64,000 nucleotides of DNA from a virus (taxonomy: Duplodnaviria; Caudoviricetes). The stretch lies in IMG/VR virus record IMGVR_UViG_3300020187_001966; one strand, written 5' to 3'. Made by a program: the position numbers and the translations under genes. Below are positions 1-9,193 of this stretch, piece after piece; position 1 is the first letter of the stretch, and the number at the start of each line of letters is the position of its first letter. A model generated the notes under the pieces. It worked only from the letters and a program-made list of their open reading frames with translations. It did no database searches and was not told the origin of the DNA.

Positions 1-33
1 GACTAAAATGAAAGCTATTAAAACCATTGCCAC
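1..33 (-). CDS. Possible 5' fragment of a small hydrophobic protein running off the window
   Basis: GTG GCA ATG GTT TTA ATA GCT TTC ATT TTA GTC (MAMVLIAFILV...) starts 12 nt after the stop of the 46..249 ORF; only 11 codons are visible. Confidence 0.3.
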   Translation of the reverse strand, partial: MAMVLIAFILV

Positions 34-45
34 GTGCTTGTCTCT

Positions 46-249
46 TTATCTCATCAATTGTGCTAAGACATAGCTCTGTTGGTCTATGATCTTTTCTATC
101 TGAACGTGCGTAAGGCCAACAGTAACTACATCTGTAATTACAAAATCTACCAAGTAGCCAACTGACAGTAAATAAGTCACGATACAGCAGAGTACGCTGA
201 CCAACACTAACAAGGTCGTCAAAGGGTATTTTAGTAAAGTCATATTCAC
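46..249 (-). CDS. Small membrane protein, hypothetical (67 aa)
   Basis: ORF track; long hydrophobic N-terminal stretch; fits the minus-strand gene tiling. Confidence 0.6.
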   Translation of the reverse strand: MNMTLLKYPLTTLLVLVSVLCCIVTYLLSVGYLVDFVITDVVTVGLTHVQIEKIIDQQSYVLAQLMR

Positions 250-263
250 TCCATTTTAAATCG

Positions 264-542
264 TCAGTCATTTAATGTCTTTCTGGAACACTGCATTGTA
301 CATATAGGAACAGGACTAGTTGTTGACCAACTGTCTTCAATATATTTTTCCCATAAGTCCATTATACTATAAGGATTGTTATTTGTCAAAAACAAAAGGT
401 CATAATCATCGCCTAATTTTTCACGTAGATAATCAATACTTTCACGATGTGTGGCTAGCCAACAGCATGGTAAAAACATTCCGTTTATTTCAATATGGTA
501 ATTAACGTCAGTCGTTTGACATTTTGGATCAATATTACTCAC
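264..542 (-). CDS. Stand-alone SPASM/twitch-like Fe-S domain (~92 aa; GTG start at 542 rather than the track's 587)
   Basis: KC...NGMFLPCCWL...ICTMQCS matches the C-terminal domain of 17773..18891 (GLLMPCCW...VCAQKCG); GTG overlaps the TAA of the upstream rSAM gene and follows AAAGGTGGA. Confidence 0.75.
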   Translation of the reverse strand: MSNIDPKCQTTDVNYHIEINGMFLPCCWLATHRESIDYLREKLGDDYDLLFLTNNNPYSIMDLWEKYIEDSWSTTSPVPICTMQCSRKTLND

Positions 543-1209
543 GATGTCCACCTTTCTCTGTAAACAACACCTCAAAATCTGTGCCACGATATGATGGTTC
601 TAGATGTGGATTTTCTTCAACAATAGGATATTTTACTCTAATTACATCAAAGCCTAGTTGTCTACTTTGGTCAATAATTTTAAGAATGTTGTTTTCGTTA
701 TAACTGAATACTAAAAGTTTTTGTACTACTAATGGTCTTGTTTTAGGTGGCATACTGACAAGTGTCTGAACTCCCAACTGTCTGCTCCGAGCATCGTTAT
801 TAACACGATACTGGTCGTCTTCTAATAGACCGTCAATACTAAACAATATTTGGTCCAGTGGTTGTAGTACTGCTCCTAACTGACGCCAAAAGTCAGCATC
901 TTTGTAACTTCCGTTTGTATGAATATAGATAGGCACATCAGTAACAGTTTTAATATAAGCGATAAACTCTATTAGATCAGGATAGTATATTGGATCTCCC
1001 CAATTACCACAAAATAGTATTGATTGGTATGATAAATCTTTAATAACTCCACGATATTGATGCCAATCAATTTGTCGTTGCTCTTTAATATCACGCCATA
1101 ATGTATTAATCGTAGGATTGCTCATTGTACGTACACACTCTGGACAAGACAGAGTGCATTTACTTGTCAGACCAAAATGTAAATAGCTAATATCTTTACT
1201 AAAGGGCAT
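535..1209 (-). CDS. Radical SAM core lacking its C-terminal SPASM domain (likely start ATG 1209)
   Basis: CTLSCPEC motif, CGNWGDP, HTNG, FSIDG, YRVN; paralogue of 17773..18891. Confidence 0.88.
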   Translation of the reverse strand: MPFSKDISYLHFGLTSKCTLSCPECVRTMSNPTINTLWRDIKEQRQIDWHQYRGVIKDLSYQSILFCGNWGDPIYYPDLIEFIAYIKTVTDVPIYIHTNGSYKDADFWRQLGAVLQPLDQILFSIDGLLEDDQYRVNNDARSRQLGVQTLVSMPPKTRPLVVQKLLVFSYNENNILKIIDQSRQLGFDVIRVKYPIVEENPHLEPSYRGTDFEVLFTEKGGHRE

Positions 1210-1756
1210 ACCAATAGGCATCCTGTACAGGGTCAACACTTAATTCATTTATATTAATATGTGCTGGTTGATCTATTATCCATTTAATGTAATCTGCGGC
1301 TGTATCAATCGCCATACATCGTCTATCAGGGTGTTTATGTTCATTATTACTAAGTGTACCAAAACTAATGTAGCTTACTTTGGGCATACGACTCCATACA
1401 CCTCCAATGCTAAGTGTATTACTGTAATCACGTAGTGCTTTCTTTTCAGCGTTGTATAACCAGGCCTTGCCGTTCTTAACACGGTCCGTGGTACTACCAA
1501 TGACTACTATATGTGCTAGTTTCTTGGCATCCTTTAGGCTCTTGTACACTGTATCTAGTAGCACAGTTTGTTGAAACTGCCATAGTGCGCTGTTAACTAT
1601 AATAACATCATGATTGAGTGCTTCAGCGGCAAATGCGTCTCTTCCTGATCTTTCTACCAAGTCATGTCCGGTACTTCTACTCATAAAAGTGGCATCTGGA
1701 TATAACTGGGATAACGATTGCGCTATCCCTTGTGTAGGATTACCTGATATTAGCAT
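1199..1756 (-). CDS. Short-chain dehydrogenase/reductase (SDR)-like protein
   Basis: N-terminal ISGNPTQGIA nucleotide-binding-like motif, IIVNS, IGS, catalytic YNAEK (YxxxK). Confidence 0.75.
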   Translation of the reverse strand: MLISGNPTQGIAQSLSQLYPDATFMSRSTGHDLVERSGRDAFAAEALNHDVIIVNSALWQFQQTVLLDTVYKSLKDAKKLAHIVVIGSTTDRVKNGKAWLYNAEKKALRDYSNTLSIGGVWSRMPKVSYISFGTLSNNEHKHPDRRCMAIDTAADYIKWIIDQPAHININELSVDPVQDAYWYAL

Positions 1757-2858
1757 TTATTATCTCCCATGCTTGTTTATTTACACTAGTAAAATCTGTT
1801 TTTTGATGTCGATCCATAATATTAATATAATCACGAGTTGTGGTTAACTGATTATCAATCGTAATGTCTGCTGTTAGTATGCGGTCTAACTCCGTGTTAC
1901 CAGTTACAAATTGTTCTCTAACTGATAATGGTAATTGATATATACTTAAATGTTTTGGAAACGTTAATTCACTAAACGAAACTTTTATATTGTAACGTTT
2001 AAGATAATCTTGTAATGTCCATAACTTATTAAAATTAAGTATACTTACTGTACAACTGGCGTAAAGATTAATGTCGGTTTCAGCAAAACGTCGAATGTTA
2101 CTGTCAATTGTATTCCAACTTATTCCAAACCTGGTGGTCTCTGCTAGCTCATGAGTGCCATCTAAACTAAATGATATAACACTGTTTGGAAAGTATTTTA
2201 ATTGTTGTATAACTTTTTCATCTGGGTATACACTACCGTTTGTTGTAATATTTAAAAATAGTTTATTAGGGGTCTGTACTTCTTGGTGTAGTTTATCTAT
2301 AAACCAACTTAAATGTTTAGCATAAAAAGGTTCGCCACCTTCTATTTTTATATGTCTGGCTTGACTTAAATCAGTATTACCCAACACCACTCGCATACGT
2401 TCTTGGTAATTACGGTAATTATTGGCTGGGTCATAATTAATACCAGCCGCATCTAACTCCGCCAACAAGCTGGAGTTATTCCATTTACTACTAGCACCAG
2501 GGTTACATATTTGGCATCTCATGTTACAGGTATAATCCAGTGCTATTTCTAAATCTTGTATAGTGGCTGGTTGGAATAAATTATGCTGTCCATAAAACTT
2601 ATTTGACCAAACTCTTCGACTTTCAGCACCACCTTGTTCTGCTAACTGACACATCTGACATCCACTGGGCCATTGCCCATGGTTAAGGTTACGTTTTATA
2701 TTATGATAAGGTGGTGTTTGATGTAACCCGTCTAAACTATCTATGTCAAATATAGTAGGCAAGTCTACAGGGTCTGAAAACTTACAACAAGGACGGACGG
2801 TGCCACCACTATCAACAACGCTAACGCCTACTTGGCTATGTACACAAAAATTAGTCAT
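1740..2858 (-). CDS. Radical SAM protein with N-terminal twitch domain
   Basis: FC...RPCC...CQMC N-terminal Cys set; CNMRCQIC; GGEP; TTNG; SLDG. Confidence 0.9.
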   Translation of the reverse strand: MTNFCVHSQVGVSVVDSGGTVRPCCKFSDPVDLPTIFDIDSLDGLHQTPPYHNIKRNLNHGQWPSGCQMCQLAEQGGAESRRVWSNKFYGQHNLFQPATIQDLEIALDYTCNMRCQICNPGASSKWNNSSLLAELDAAGINYDPANNYRNYQERMRVVLGNTDLSQARHIKIEGGEPFYAKHLSWFIDKLHQEVQTPNKLFLNITTNGSVYPDEKVIQQLKYFPNSVISFSLDGTHELAETTRFGISWNTIDSNIRRFAETDINLYASCTVSILNFNKLWTLQDYLKRYNIKVSFSELTFPKHLSIYQLPLSVREQFVTGNTELDRILTADITIDNQLTTTRDYINIMDRHQKTDFTSVNKQAWEIINANIR

Positions 2859-3979
2859 AATAATTTACTTAAATCTTGATTTTTTATCTGTTGTTTGTCT
2901 AGTATAAAATCTGTAACAGTTGTATGACTAAAACCAGTACCTATTCTATCATGCATACTTTGCAAGTATTGTTCAAATCTTTTAGCATTTTGTAACTTTG
3001 TATGTTGGTTATGGTATCTAGCATAAACTTCTTGTGCTCTTACTATATGTTTTCGATAATCGGTATCTAAGTTCTTTATATCAATTACACTGGGTATGGT
3101 GATATAACTTCCATGCCAACTAAATGACTTATCAGGTGCAACAGTTAACATTGTTTCATGCACCCATTCAATATAATCAGCTAGTCCTCTTATACTAAGT
3201 GCATTAGTAGTAGGTGCTAGTGTAATACTTTCGACTTCTGGTGTGGTTGCATACGTAATAAAATTAGTTTTAAATCTTTCCCAATCTAGTCCATACCTTG
3301 ACAACTCTGCATCAGTACCAAATGTTTCATTACTAATAGCAATATTCCAAGGTTTGCCACTGCCACGTATAGTTTTTAATAATCGTTCCATCATAGGTGC
3401 TTTTGTATTACAATTTGTACAGATTTCAAACTGCGCATCAACAGGCAATGTGTTTATATACTCTACCATTGGAGCGAAACGTTTACTAGCAGTTGGTTCA
3501 CCACCTAAAAAATTAAATACTATACTACCACTAAGTGTTGATACCCAACGTTTAAATGTTTCAAAGTCACGCTCAGTACCGTCATCACGTATAGGCACAC
3601 CTTCTTCTTGAGCTATTTGACTACTAGCATCTGCGGCACAGTATAAACAGCTCTGGTCACATATAGTATCAAGTGTTACGTCAATATAAGTTGTGTGTGG
3701 ATCACGAGTTACTGTACTAAAGTCTTGCCACGTATTTTGTTGTGAACGATAACTGGGTATGCCAGCGTTTTCACTTTCCCAACAGTGTGTACAATCTGGG
3801 TGTTGTTCACCAGACAGTGTGCTAGATCTTCTTTGCTGTATTTGAGGACTGTTATTAAAAAAATCTATGTCGTATTCATCAGGCATTGGGTATGCCTTGG
3901 ACCTACAACAGTTTCTTATTAATCTATTTGCAAAATCTATGTTTACATCAGTCCAGCTTTTGCTGCATGCTGTTTTCAT
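2855..3979 (-). CDS. Radical SAM protein with N-terminal twitch domain (likely start ATG 3979, MKTACSKSW)
   Basis: C...RNCC...CTHC; CDQSCLYC; GGEP; CTN; the track's 4012 start lies inside a terminator-like hairpin. Confidence 0.88.
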   Translation of the reverse strand: MKTACSKSWTDVNIDFANRLIRNCCRSKAYPMPDEYDIDFFNNSPQIQQRRSSTLSGEQHPDCTHCWESENAGIPSYRSQQNTWQDFSTVTRDPHTTYIDVTLDTICDQSCLYCAADASSQIAQEEGVPIRDDGTERDFETFKRWVSTLSGSIVFNFLGGEPTASKRFAPMVEYINTLPVDAQFEICTNCNTKAPMMERLLKTIRGSGKPWNIAISNETFGTDAELSRYGLDWERFKTNFITYATTPEVESITLAPTTNALSIRGLADYIEWVHETMLTVAPDKSFSWHGSYITIPSVIDIKNLDTDYRKHIVRAQEVYARYHNQHTKLQNAKRFEQYLQSMHDRIGTGFSHTTVTDFILDKQQIKNQDLSKLL

Positions 3980-3984
3980 AATAT

Positions 3985-3992
3985 TACTTATA
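3985..3992 (-). promoter_or_regulatory. Late-promoter-like TATAAGTA (1 mismatch to the T4-type TATAAATA)
   Basis: Lies between the hairpin and ATG 3979. Confidence 0.4.
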
Positions 3993-3997
3993 CTCGT

Positions 3998-4024
3998 GAA
4001 AACAGCCGCCATAACGGCGACTGT
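3998..4024 (-). terminator. Putative intrinsic terminator after the nitroreductase gene
   Basis: Minus strand ACAGTCGCC-GTTAT-GGCGGCTGT-TTTC: 9-bp GC-rich stem with one G-U pair and a short U tract, ~20 nt after the stop at 4043. Confidence 0.6.
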
Positions 4025-4042
4025 GTTCTAGTTCTTTAGCTG

Positions 4043-4675
4043 TTAAATGCGATTAACAGCAATATCTTCTTTTTTGTTTGTTGGAAACATAAATCCAGTT
4101 TCGTGATGTAAACGTCTGTTACGTGTTGAGTCTTTAATACCCACACCTTGTAACATTGCTGGACGGTTTTTAAGTCCTAGTACGTCACGAATGGCATCCA
4201 TTTTACCACACTGACAACAACCAGTACTATATCCAAGAATACTTGCTGTTAAGTTAATATATCCACCTGCAATACCAATTGCTGTCGATACATCTCTCTT
4301 AAATACTTCACGGTCAGCAGCATCTTTTTGCTCCCATCGTGCACGACTTTTATCTGTTAAGTCTTCAATTTCGTTTGGCTCAAATACAAATAAGACATTT
4401 GCTAGTACTTGACTGTTTGTACTCTCAATTTGGTTATTGTCTTTGTCATAAGTGTGTGTGCCTGTTGCCAAAGCATGTACTTGTTCAATAAGTGAACGAT
4501 CAGTAATGACGTGTAACTTATAAAAAGCAACATTTTGCTTACTTGGGCAGTTTGTTGCAGCATGTACTAGTGTATCAATATCAGCTTCAGGAATACTTTG
4601 ATCTAAATCAAAGTTTCTTTGACAATGTTGACTGCGTATAACTGCTTTTTTAATATCTACGGTTGTTAATTCCAT
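4043..4675 (-). CDS. Nitroreductase-family flavoprotein
   Basis: RSQHCQRNF...IPEADIDTLVHAATNCPSKQN (R-S-x-R...APS-x-N-like FMN motif); strong AGGAGG RBS. Confidence 0.85.
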   Translation of the reverse strand: MELTTVDIKKAVIRSQHCQRNFDLDQSIPEADIDTLVHAATNCPSKQNVAFYKLHVITDRSLIEQVHALATGTHTYDKDNNQIESTNSQVLANVLFVFEPNEIEDLTDKSRARWEQKDAADREVFKRDVSTAIGIAGGYINLTASILGYSTGCCQCGKMDAIRDVLGLKNRPAMLQGVGIKDSTRNRRLHHETGFMFPTNKKEDIAVNRI

Positions 4676-4702
4676 TGATGTTTTCCTCCTATACGATATA
4701 TG

Positions 4703-4710
4703 TATTTATA
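4703..4710 (-). promoter_or_regulatory. T4-type late promoter TATAAATA
   Basis: Exact motif in the 38-nt gap upstream of the nitroreductase RBS. Confidence 0.7.
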
Positions 4711-4713
4711 CAA

Positions 4714-5916
4714 TTAACCAATAAGTTTATTGTTATAAACATAATCAGCAATTCTTGGTAGTTTTTTCTCACCAGTTTTAAAATAAAGTTGATCTTGCAA
4801 ACGTACAATTGTTTTAAATAGTTCAGCGTCAGCAGTTTGTGGTGTTTGCATGTACTTTATAATAGGATTATCAGGGCCATGCAATTCAGTTAAAAAGCTC
4901 TTGACATTATCTGGTAAATTTGCTATATCTAAACCTGCAGGATAGTGTACAAATGTGGCATCAGTATGAGCTGAAATGCCCATGGCTTGTATTTGGTCTA
5001 CTAATTTGTTTAAGTCGTGAAACGTCTCACTGGCGTAGAATGCATGGTAAGCGGTACTGGTACACACCAAGTATACACCAAGTATATTGCTACTTGCACT
5101 GAGTATTTTAAACAAGTTATCAACAACCTGATCGTAATCGCCACCTTGCCTAAAATAATTAAACAGTTCATGTGTGCCATCCATACTAACTGTTAAGTCT
5201 ACTCCACCAAAGTGGTTCCACAACTCACTTAGTTTATAACTCTTAAACTCTATCATACTCATGTTTGTGTTGTATGCAATAGTAAGTTTACTAGTATCAA
5301 TGTCTGGCTCACTGATAAGTCTCTCTAAAAAGCGATAATGTCCTATATGATATAATGGTTCACCACCACTAAATGTAATCCTTTTAACACCCTGAATTAT
5401 ATTTTGTATAATGTCTTCCAAATGTTCAGCGGTTATTGTTTGTATTGGTGAGTCAGCAGGTCCAATATGATCAAAGCCTGCACGTAACAACATTTCATGT
5501 GTTTCAGTATTTTTCTTGCCTAGTTGTTCAAACTGACTATTACTATCTGCCATACAGTGTCTACAAAAATAATTACAAGTACGACTAAATTTAAGTTCTA
5601 AATCTAGTATACCTGTTGAAACTGGAGTAGTATAGTCTATTGAACTGTCGTCCCAGTGTTTGTTATTGAGACTTTTTTGTCTATAACTTTTTACACCGTT
5701 TTCTTCTTTGTATTGGCAGTCTTCACATCCAGCTGGAAACTCGCCATTAATTAAGCTATTGCGCACTGCTAGCATATTTGGATGATTAACTGCTTCGCTT
5801 GGCAGTGTATCACGCATACTAGCAATAGGCTGACGTTTAACTTTGTATCTAAAGCAAGGTGCGTATTCTCCTTGAAGAAAGTCTAAATGACTCCAAGCAT
5901 ACTTACATTTCAGCAT
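4714..5916 (-). CDS. Radical SAM protein with variant N-terminal twitch domain
   Basis: KCKYAW...APCFR...CEDC (single Cys in place of CC); CNYFCRHC; SGGEP; YNTN; SMDG. Confidence 0.88.
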   Translation of the reverse strand: MLKCKYAWSHLDFLQGEYAPCFRYKVKRQPIASMRDTLPSEAVNHPNMLAVRNSLINGEFPAGCEDCQYKEENGVKSYRQKSLNNKHWDDSSIDYTTPVSTGILDLELKFSRTCNYFCRHCMADSNSQFEQLGKKNTETHEMLLRAGFDHIGPADSPIQTITAEHLEDIIQNIIQGVKRITFSGGEPLYHIGHYRFLERLISEPDIDTSKLTIAYNTNMSMIEFKSYKLSELWNHFGGVDLTVSMDGTHELFNYFRQGGDYDQVVDNLFKILSASSNILGVYLVCTSTAYHAFYASETFHDLNKLVDQIQAMGISAHTDATFVHYPAGLDIANLPDNVKSFLTELHGPDNPIIKYMQTPQTADAELFKTIVRLQDQLYFKTGEKKLPRIADYVYNNKLIG

Positions 5917-7393
5917 CTCTATGCTTCCTCATACCGTTCTTTTCAATTTCTCTAACATGCTTTTTTTGTAACCAACTTGATTCAACTCCACTTAGTTCTT
6001 GTACTAGTTCATGTATTTCTCGATGTCTCTGCAAACGTTCATCAAGAGTATTATCTCGATAACTCCAGTCATTGTCGCCTACACAGTCTATATAATCTGG
6101 ATCGTCCTTGAGCATTTTATATATTTTATAATCAGGTTGTATCAACATTGTATTTCCAAAACTTAAATATGCTGTACTAGTGCTATTTCCTCTAGGAGTT
6201 AAGTAACCTAATTCAGACATACGCTTAATACTAGCTAGTGTATGATGATGATCTTCAAGTGTTTCTGTTGGGTATCCAGTAATCATTAACAGTGTATAAT
6301 GTATGTTATACTTGTGCATCATTTCTAAATTCCACCACAAGTCATCATCAGTAAACTTTTTACCCATATGCCATCTGACACTTTCACTAAAACTTTCTAA
6401 TCCAATGTCTAATTCATTGACATTGCTCTGCTTCATAAGTTCAAAGTCTTCTTCCAACATTTGTCCACGGGCTCGGACAATCCACTGACTCCACCATTTA
6501 ATTTGATCTATGTCATATTTTTTGTCACTATTAAACTTTTTAATCATATCTAAAAATATTCTAAATTGACTCATGCTTCCATTTATTAAGCTATCTGTAA
6601 ATCTAAACATTCGTCTACCATACTCATGGTACAATAGCTCTACTTCACTGAAAAGATGCTCAGCACTCCGCCATTTGTATTTGGGCCACAGTAGTGGAAC
6701 ATCACAAAATGTACAACGCTTAACACATCCACGTGATCCTGTTACATATATAGGTGCATATTGCGCTTCAAATTCATAATGTGTCCAGTTTATATCACTG
6801 TAGTTAGGCATTAATATTGTGTTTAAATCTTCAACTTGATGAGGGTACCGACTATTAACTCCAGGTGCTTGTGTATTACCTTTTAATAATTCCACAATGC
6901 TAAATTCACCGTCACCAAATATAAAATAATCTATCCATCCTTCATCAAGCCACATTTGATTTTCTTTACGCACAGCAGCGCCGCCAATAACTATTTTTAT
7001 TTGTGGTGCATGCTCACGTAATAATTCACACATTTTCCTACCAACGCAAACACTAGCACTACTCAACATACTTAATCCTACCCATGTGGGATTTATATGT
7101 TTAATTTCCTTTATCCAATCCAGCAACTTAGGTTCAATGACATCATACAGTTCATACCATTCTTCAGGGTATACAAATTTGCGATCAAACCAAGTAATAA
7201 ATCCACTATCGTCATCATGAAAATATTGTTCGTGAAGACCTTTCTTTTTAAGCCAGTTATACAAGTCAATATTATAGTCACGTACTGTGGCTGTCAAGCC
7301 ACCAGCTTCACAATGTGATTTTAATAGTGCTGGACCAGTCGTTGGTGCGAATGGTTCTAGCTTGGGTATAATCGCAAATAAAATATCTATCAA
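5903..7393 (-). CDS. Cobalamin-binding radical SAM protein (class B methyltransferase-like)
   Basis: N-terminal B12-binding-like Rossmann region (PTTGPALLK...VGLS...IVIGG...GDGE); SRGCVKRCTFC; GLES; ITGYPTET. Confidence 0.88.
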   Translation of the reverse strand: MIDILFAIIPKLEPFAPTTGPALLKSHCEAGGLTATVRDYNIDLYNWLKKKGLHEQYFHDDDSGFITWFDRKFVYPEEWYELYDVIEPKLLDWIKEIKHINPTWVGLSMLSSASVCVGRKMCELLREHAPQIKIVIGGAAVRKENQMWLDEGWIDYFIFGDGEFSIVELLKGNTQAPGVNSRYPHQVEDLNTILMPNYSDINWTHYEFEAQYAPIYVTGSRGCVKRCTFCDVPLLWPKYKWRSAEHLFSEVELLYHEYGRRMFRFTDSLINGSMSQFRIFLDMIKKFNSDKKYDIDQIKWWSQWIVRARGQMLEEDFELMKQSNVNELDIGLESFSESVRWHMGKKFTDDDLWWNLEMMHKYNIHYTLLMITGYPTETLEDHHHTLASIKRMSELGYLTPRGNSTSTAYLSFGNTMLIQPDYKIYKMLKDDPDYIDCVGDNDWSYRDNTLDERLQRHREIHELVQELSGVESSWLQKKHVREIEKNGMRKHRDAEM

Positions 7394-8073
7394 ACAAGTA
7401 ATTCCTCAACTGTGCCTTCAAAGTTTATAAGTAAACCCATCTTCCATGGACCAACTAACTTTCCAGTACAGTGTAGGTTATTACTGTTAAAAACTACCAT
7501 ATTACCTGGACGCCAATCATATGCTGTGCCAGTTAACCCATGAAATAGTTCTGGTGTGTGGTTATTAAACTCTAAATAGTCACTATAAAACTTTTCGTCT
7601 ATTGGATCTTCAGTACAATCATATACTCTTGGATCTTCGTATGGTGCCATTGGTACTTTTTTATTACGATCAAAATTGTAGTTGTTGATATCTTTGCGTT
7701 TACCATACCAAGTTTGTCCAAACCCATTGTCAGTATACTGGTCAAACACCATGAAGTGTTGTGGTGGATCTGTTACTTCCAGATGTATTGGAATGTTTAC
7801 GTTAATCATTTGTGTGGGCTCATCACTATCAACGTGTAGACTGTACAAGTTGGTGTGCCGGTATATATTACCGCCACTGCCTTTATTTGGATTAAAATAC
7901 TTGCTTACTATTGGTCTTAATAAGTCCTCTAAGTGTCGCCAAGGATGATTAATTTTAATTACATTTGGATTGTTGGGTTTGTGTATCTGTAAATCAGGAT
8001 TATTGTCAAAGAAATCTTTAATCTCTCGACAGACTTCTAAAGGTATAGCATTTTCAAATACTGTGTGTTTCAT
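7390..8073 (-). CDS. 2OG-Fe(II) oxygenase-like protein
   Basis: LHVD (HxD)...NIPI...GNMVVFNSNNLHC (distal His) double-stranded beta-helix pattern. Confidence 0.65.
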   Translation of the reverse strand: MKHTVFENAIPLEVCREIKDFFDNNPDLQIHKPNNPNVIKINHPWRHLEDLLRPIVSKYFNPNKGSGGNIYRHTNLYSLHVDSDEPTQMINVNIPIHLEVTDPPQHFMVFDQYTDNGFGQTWYGKRKDINNYNFDRNKKVPMAPYEDPRVYDCTEDPIDEKFYSDYLEFNNHTPELFHGLTGTAYDWRPGNMVVFNSNNLHCTGKLVGPWKMGLLINFEGTVEELLV

Positions 8074-9193
8074 ATAATTTCTCGTGTAATAAGGGGTTAG
8101 CGTCCTTCAATGGGAGGCTATAATAGTCATCTAGTAGTTTAGTATTATTTAATAACTTTTGCCATTCGTCTTTATTATATACACTATTACTTATATAATT
8201 TTCTATCAGCTTAGTGGCAAATACGTGATCACGATTTTGTTCTAGTACCCAGTCTTTAAAACTTTTAGGTGCTATGCTTAAACTTTGCCATAATGGATCA
8301 CGTACCCAGTCTACACTAACGTCATTGTTTTCCTCATCCATTAAAAATTTGAGTGTTGTTCCAAGTTTGTCTGCTGTATATACACTAACAACTGTGTGAA
8401 AGTTTACATGACTGTTTGACAATTGACCTCGATACCATAGAGCATTTTTATATACATCTGTATATACACCTCCTACACGTTGGTAATCGTTTACAGGATG
8501 CCAAGCATCTAAACTTACATTTATTTCTATTTTACCGAATTGTTTTAATTTATTTAATAACTCTGGTCGTGGTTGTTTACTGCCATTTGTGCTTATTTGT
8601 AGACGTATGTTATCAAACTTGGCTCCTTTAGATGACAAATAGTCCAAGAAAGGTCCAAAGTTTGGACTCATAAATGGCTCGCCACCCAGTAGTTTTATAT
8701 ATTCTAAATTACTTAAATCTTTATCATCAAATTTAGTAAAGTTTGGTTCTAGTTTCTTATGTATACGCTGTCCCATATATGCGTCACGCTTTTGTAATTG
8801 ACTACTAAACTTACTATCACACATACGGCACTGGAAATTACACAGGTTGTCTATGCTCATTTCTATATAACGTATACAGTCTGGGTCATCTGTTAGCGTA
8901 TTTTTATCAATATGTGGAAACAAACTGTTCATCCAGTGACGTAAACTTTTACTACGCTTGTGTCCTTTAAGTACACGCTCTTGTTCATAGCATTTAGTAC
9001 ACTCTGCTCTAGGCTTATTAGATAACATATCACTACGAAGTTGTTGCCAAAATTCTGTACTCATATCAAAGTTGTCTAGTGTTGGAGCAGATTCAGCATC
9101 TCCCTCACTATATTGAAATCTACAACAGGGTTTGATCTGCTCATTGGGACGTACACAAACATGAACCCAAGGTAATACGCACCATGTACTCAT
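8054..9193 (-). CDS. Radical SAM protein with N-terminal twitch domain
   Basis: WCVLPW...KPCC...CTKC; CNFQCRMC; GGEP; STNG; SLDA. Confidence 0.92.
   Translation of the reverse strand: MSTWCVLPWVHVCVRPNEQIKPCCRFQYSEGDAESAPTLDNFDMSTEFWQQLRSDMLSNKPRAECTKCYEQERVLKGHKRSKSLRHWMNSLFPHIDKNTLTDDPDCIRYIEMSIDNLCNFQCRMCDSKFSSQLQKRDAYMGQRIHKKLEPNFTKFDDKDLSNLEYIKLLGGEPFMSPNFGPFLDYLSSKGAKFDNIRLQISTNGSKQPRPELLNKLKQFGKIEINVSLDAWHPVNDYQRVGGVYTDVYKNALWYRGQLSNSHVNFHTVVSVYTADKLGTTLKFLMDEENNDVSVDWVRDPLWQSLSIAPKSFKDWVLEQNRDHVFATKLIENYISNSVYNKDEWQKLLNNTKLLDDYYSLPLKDANPLLHEKLYETHSI

Noticed and set aside
1246-1253. TATAAATG late-promoter variant inside the SDR gene
   Set aside because: It is a one-mismatch match within coding, AT-rich DNA and is expected by chance.
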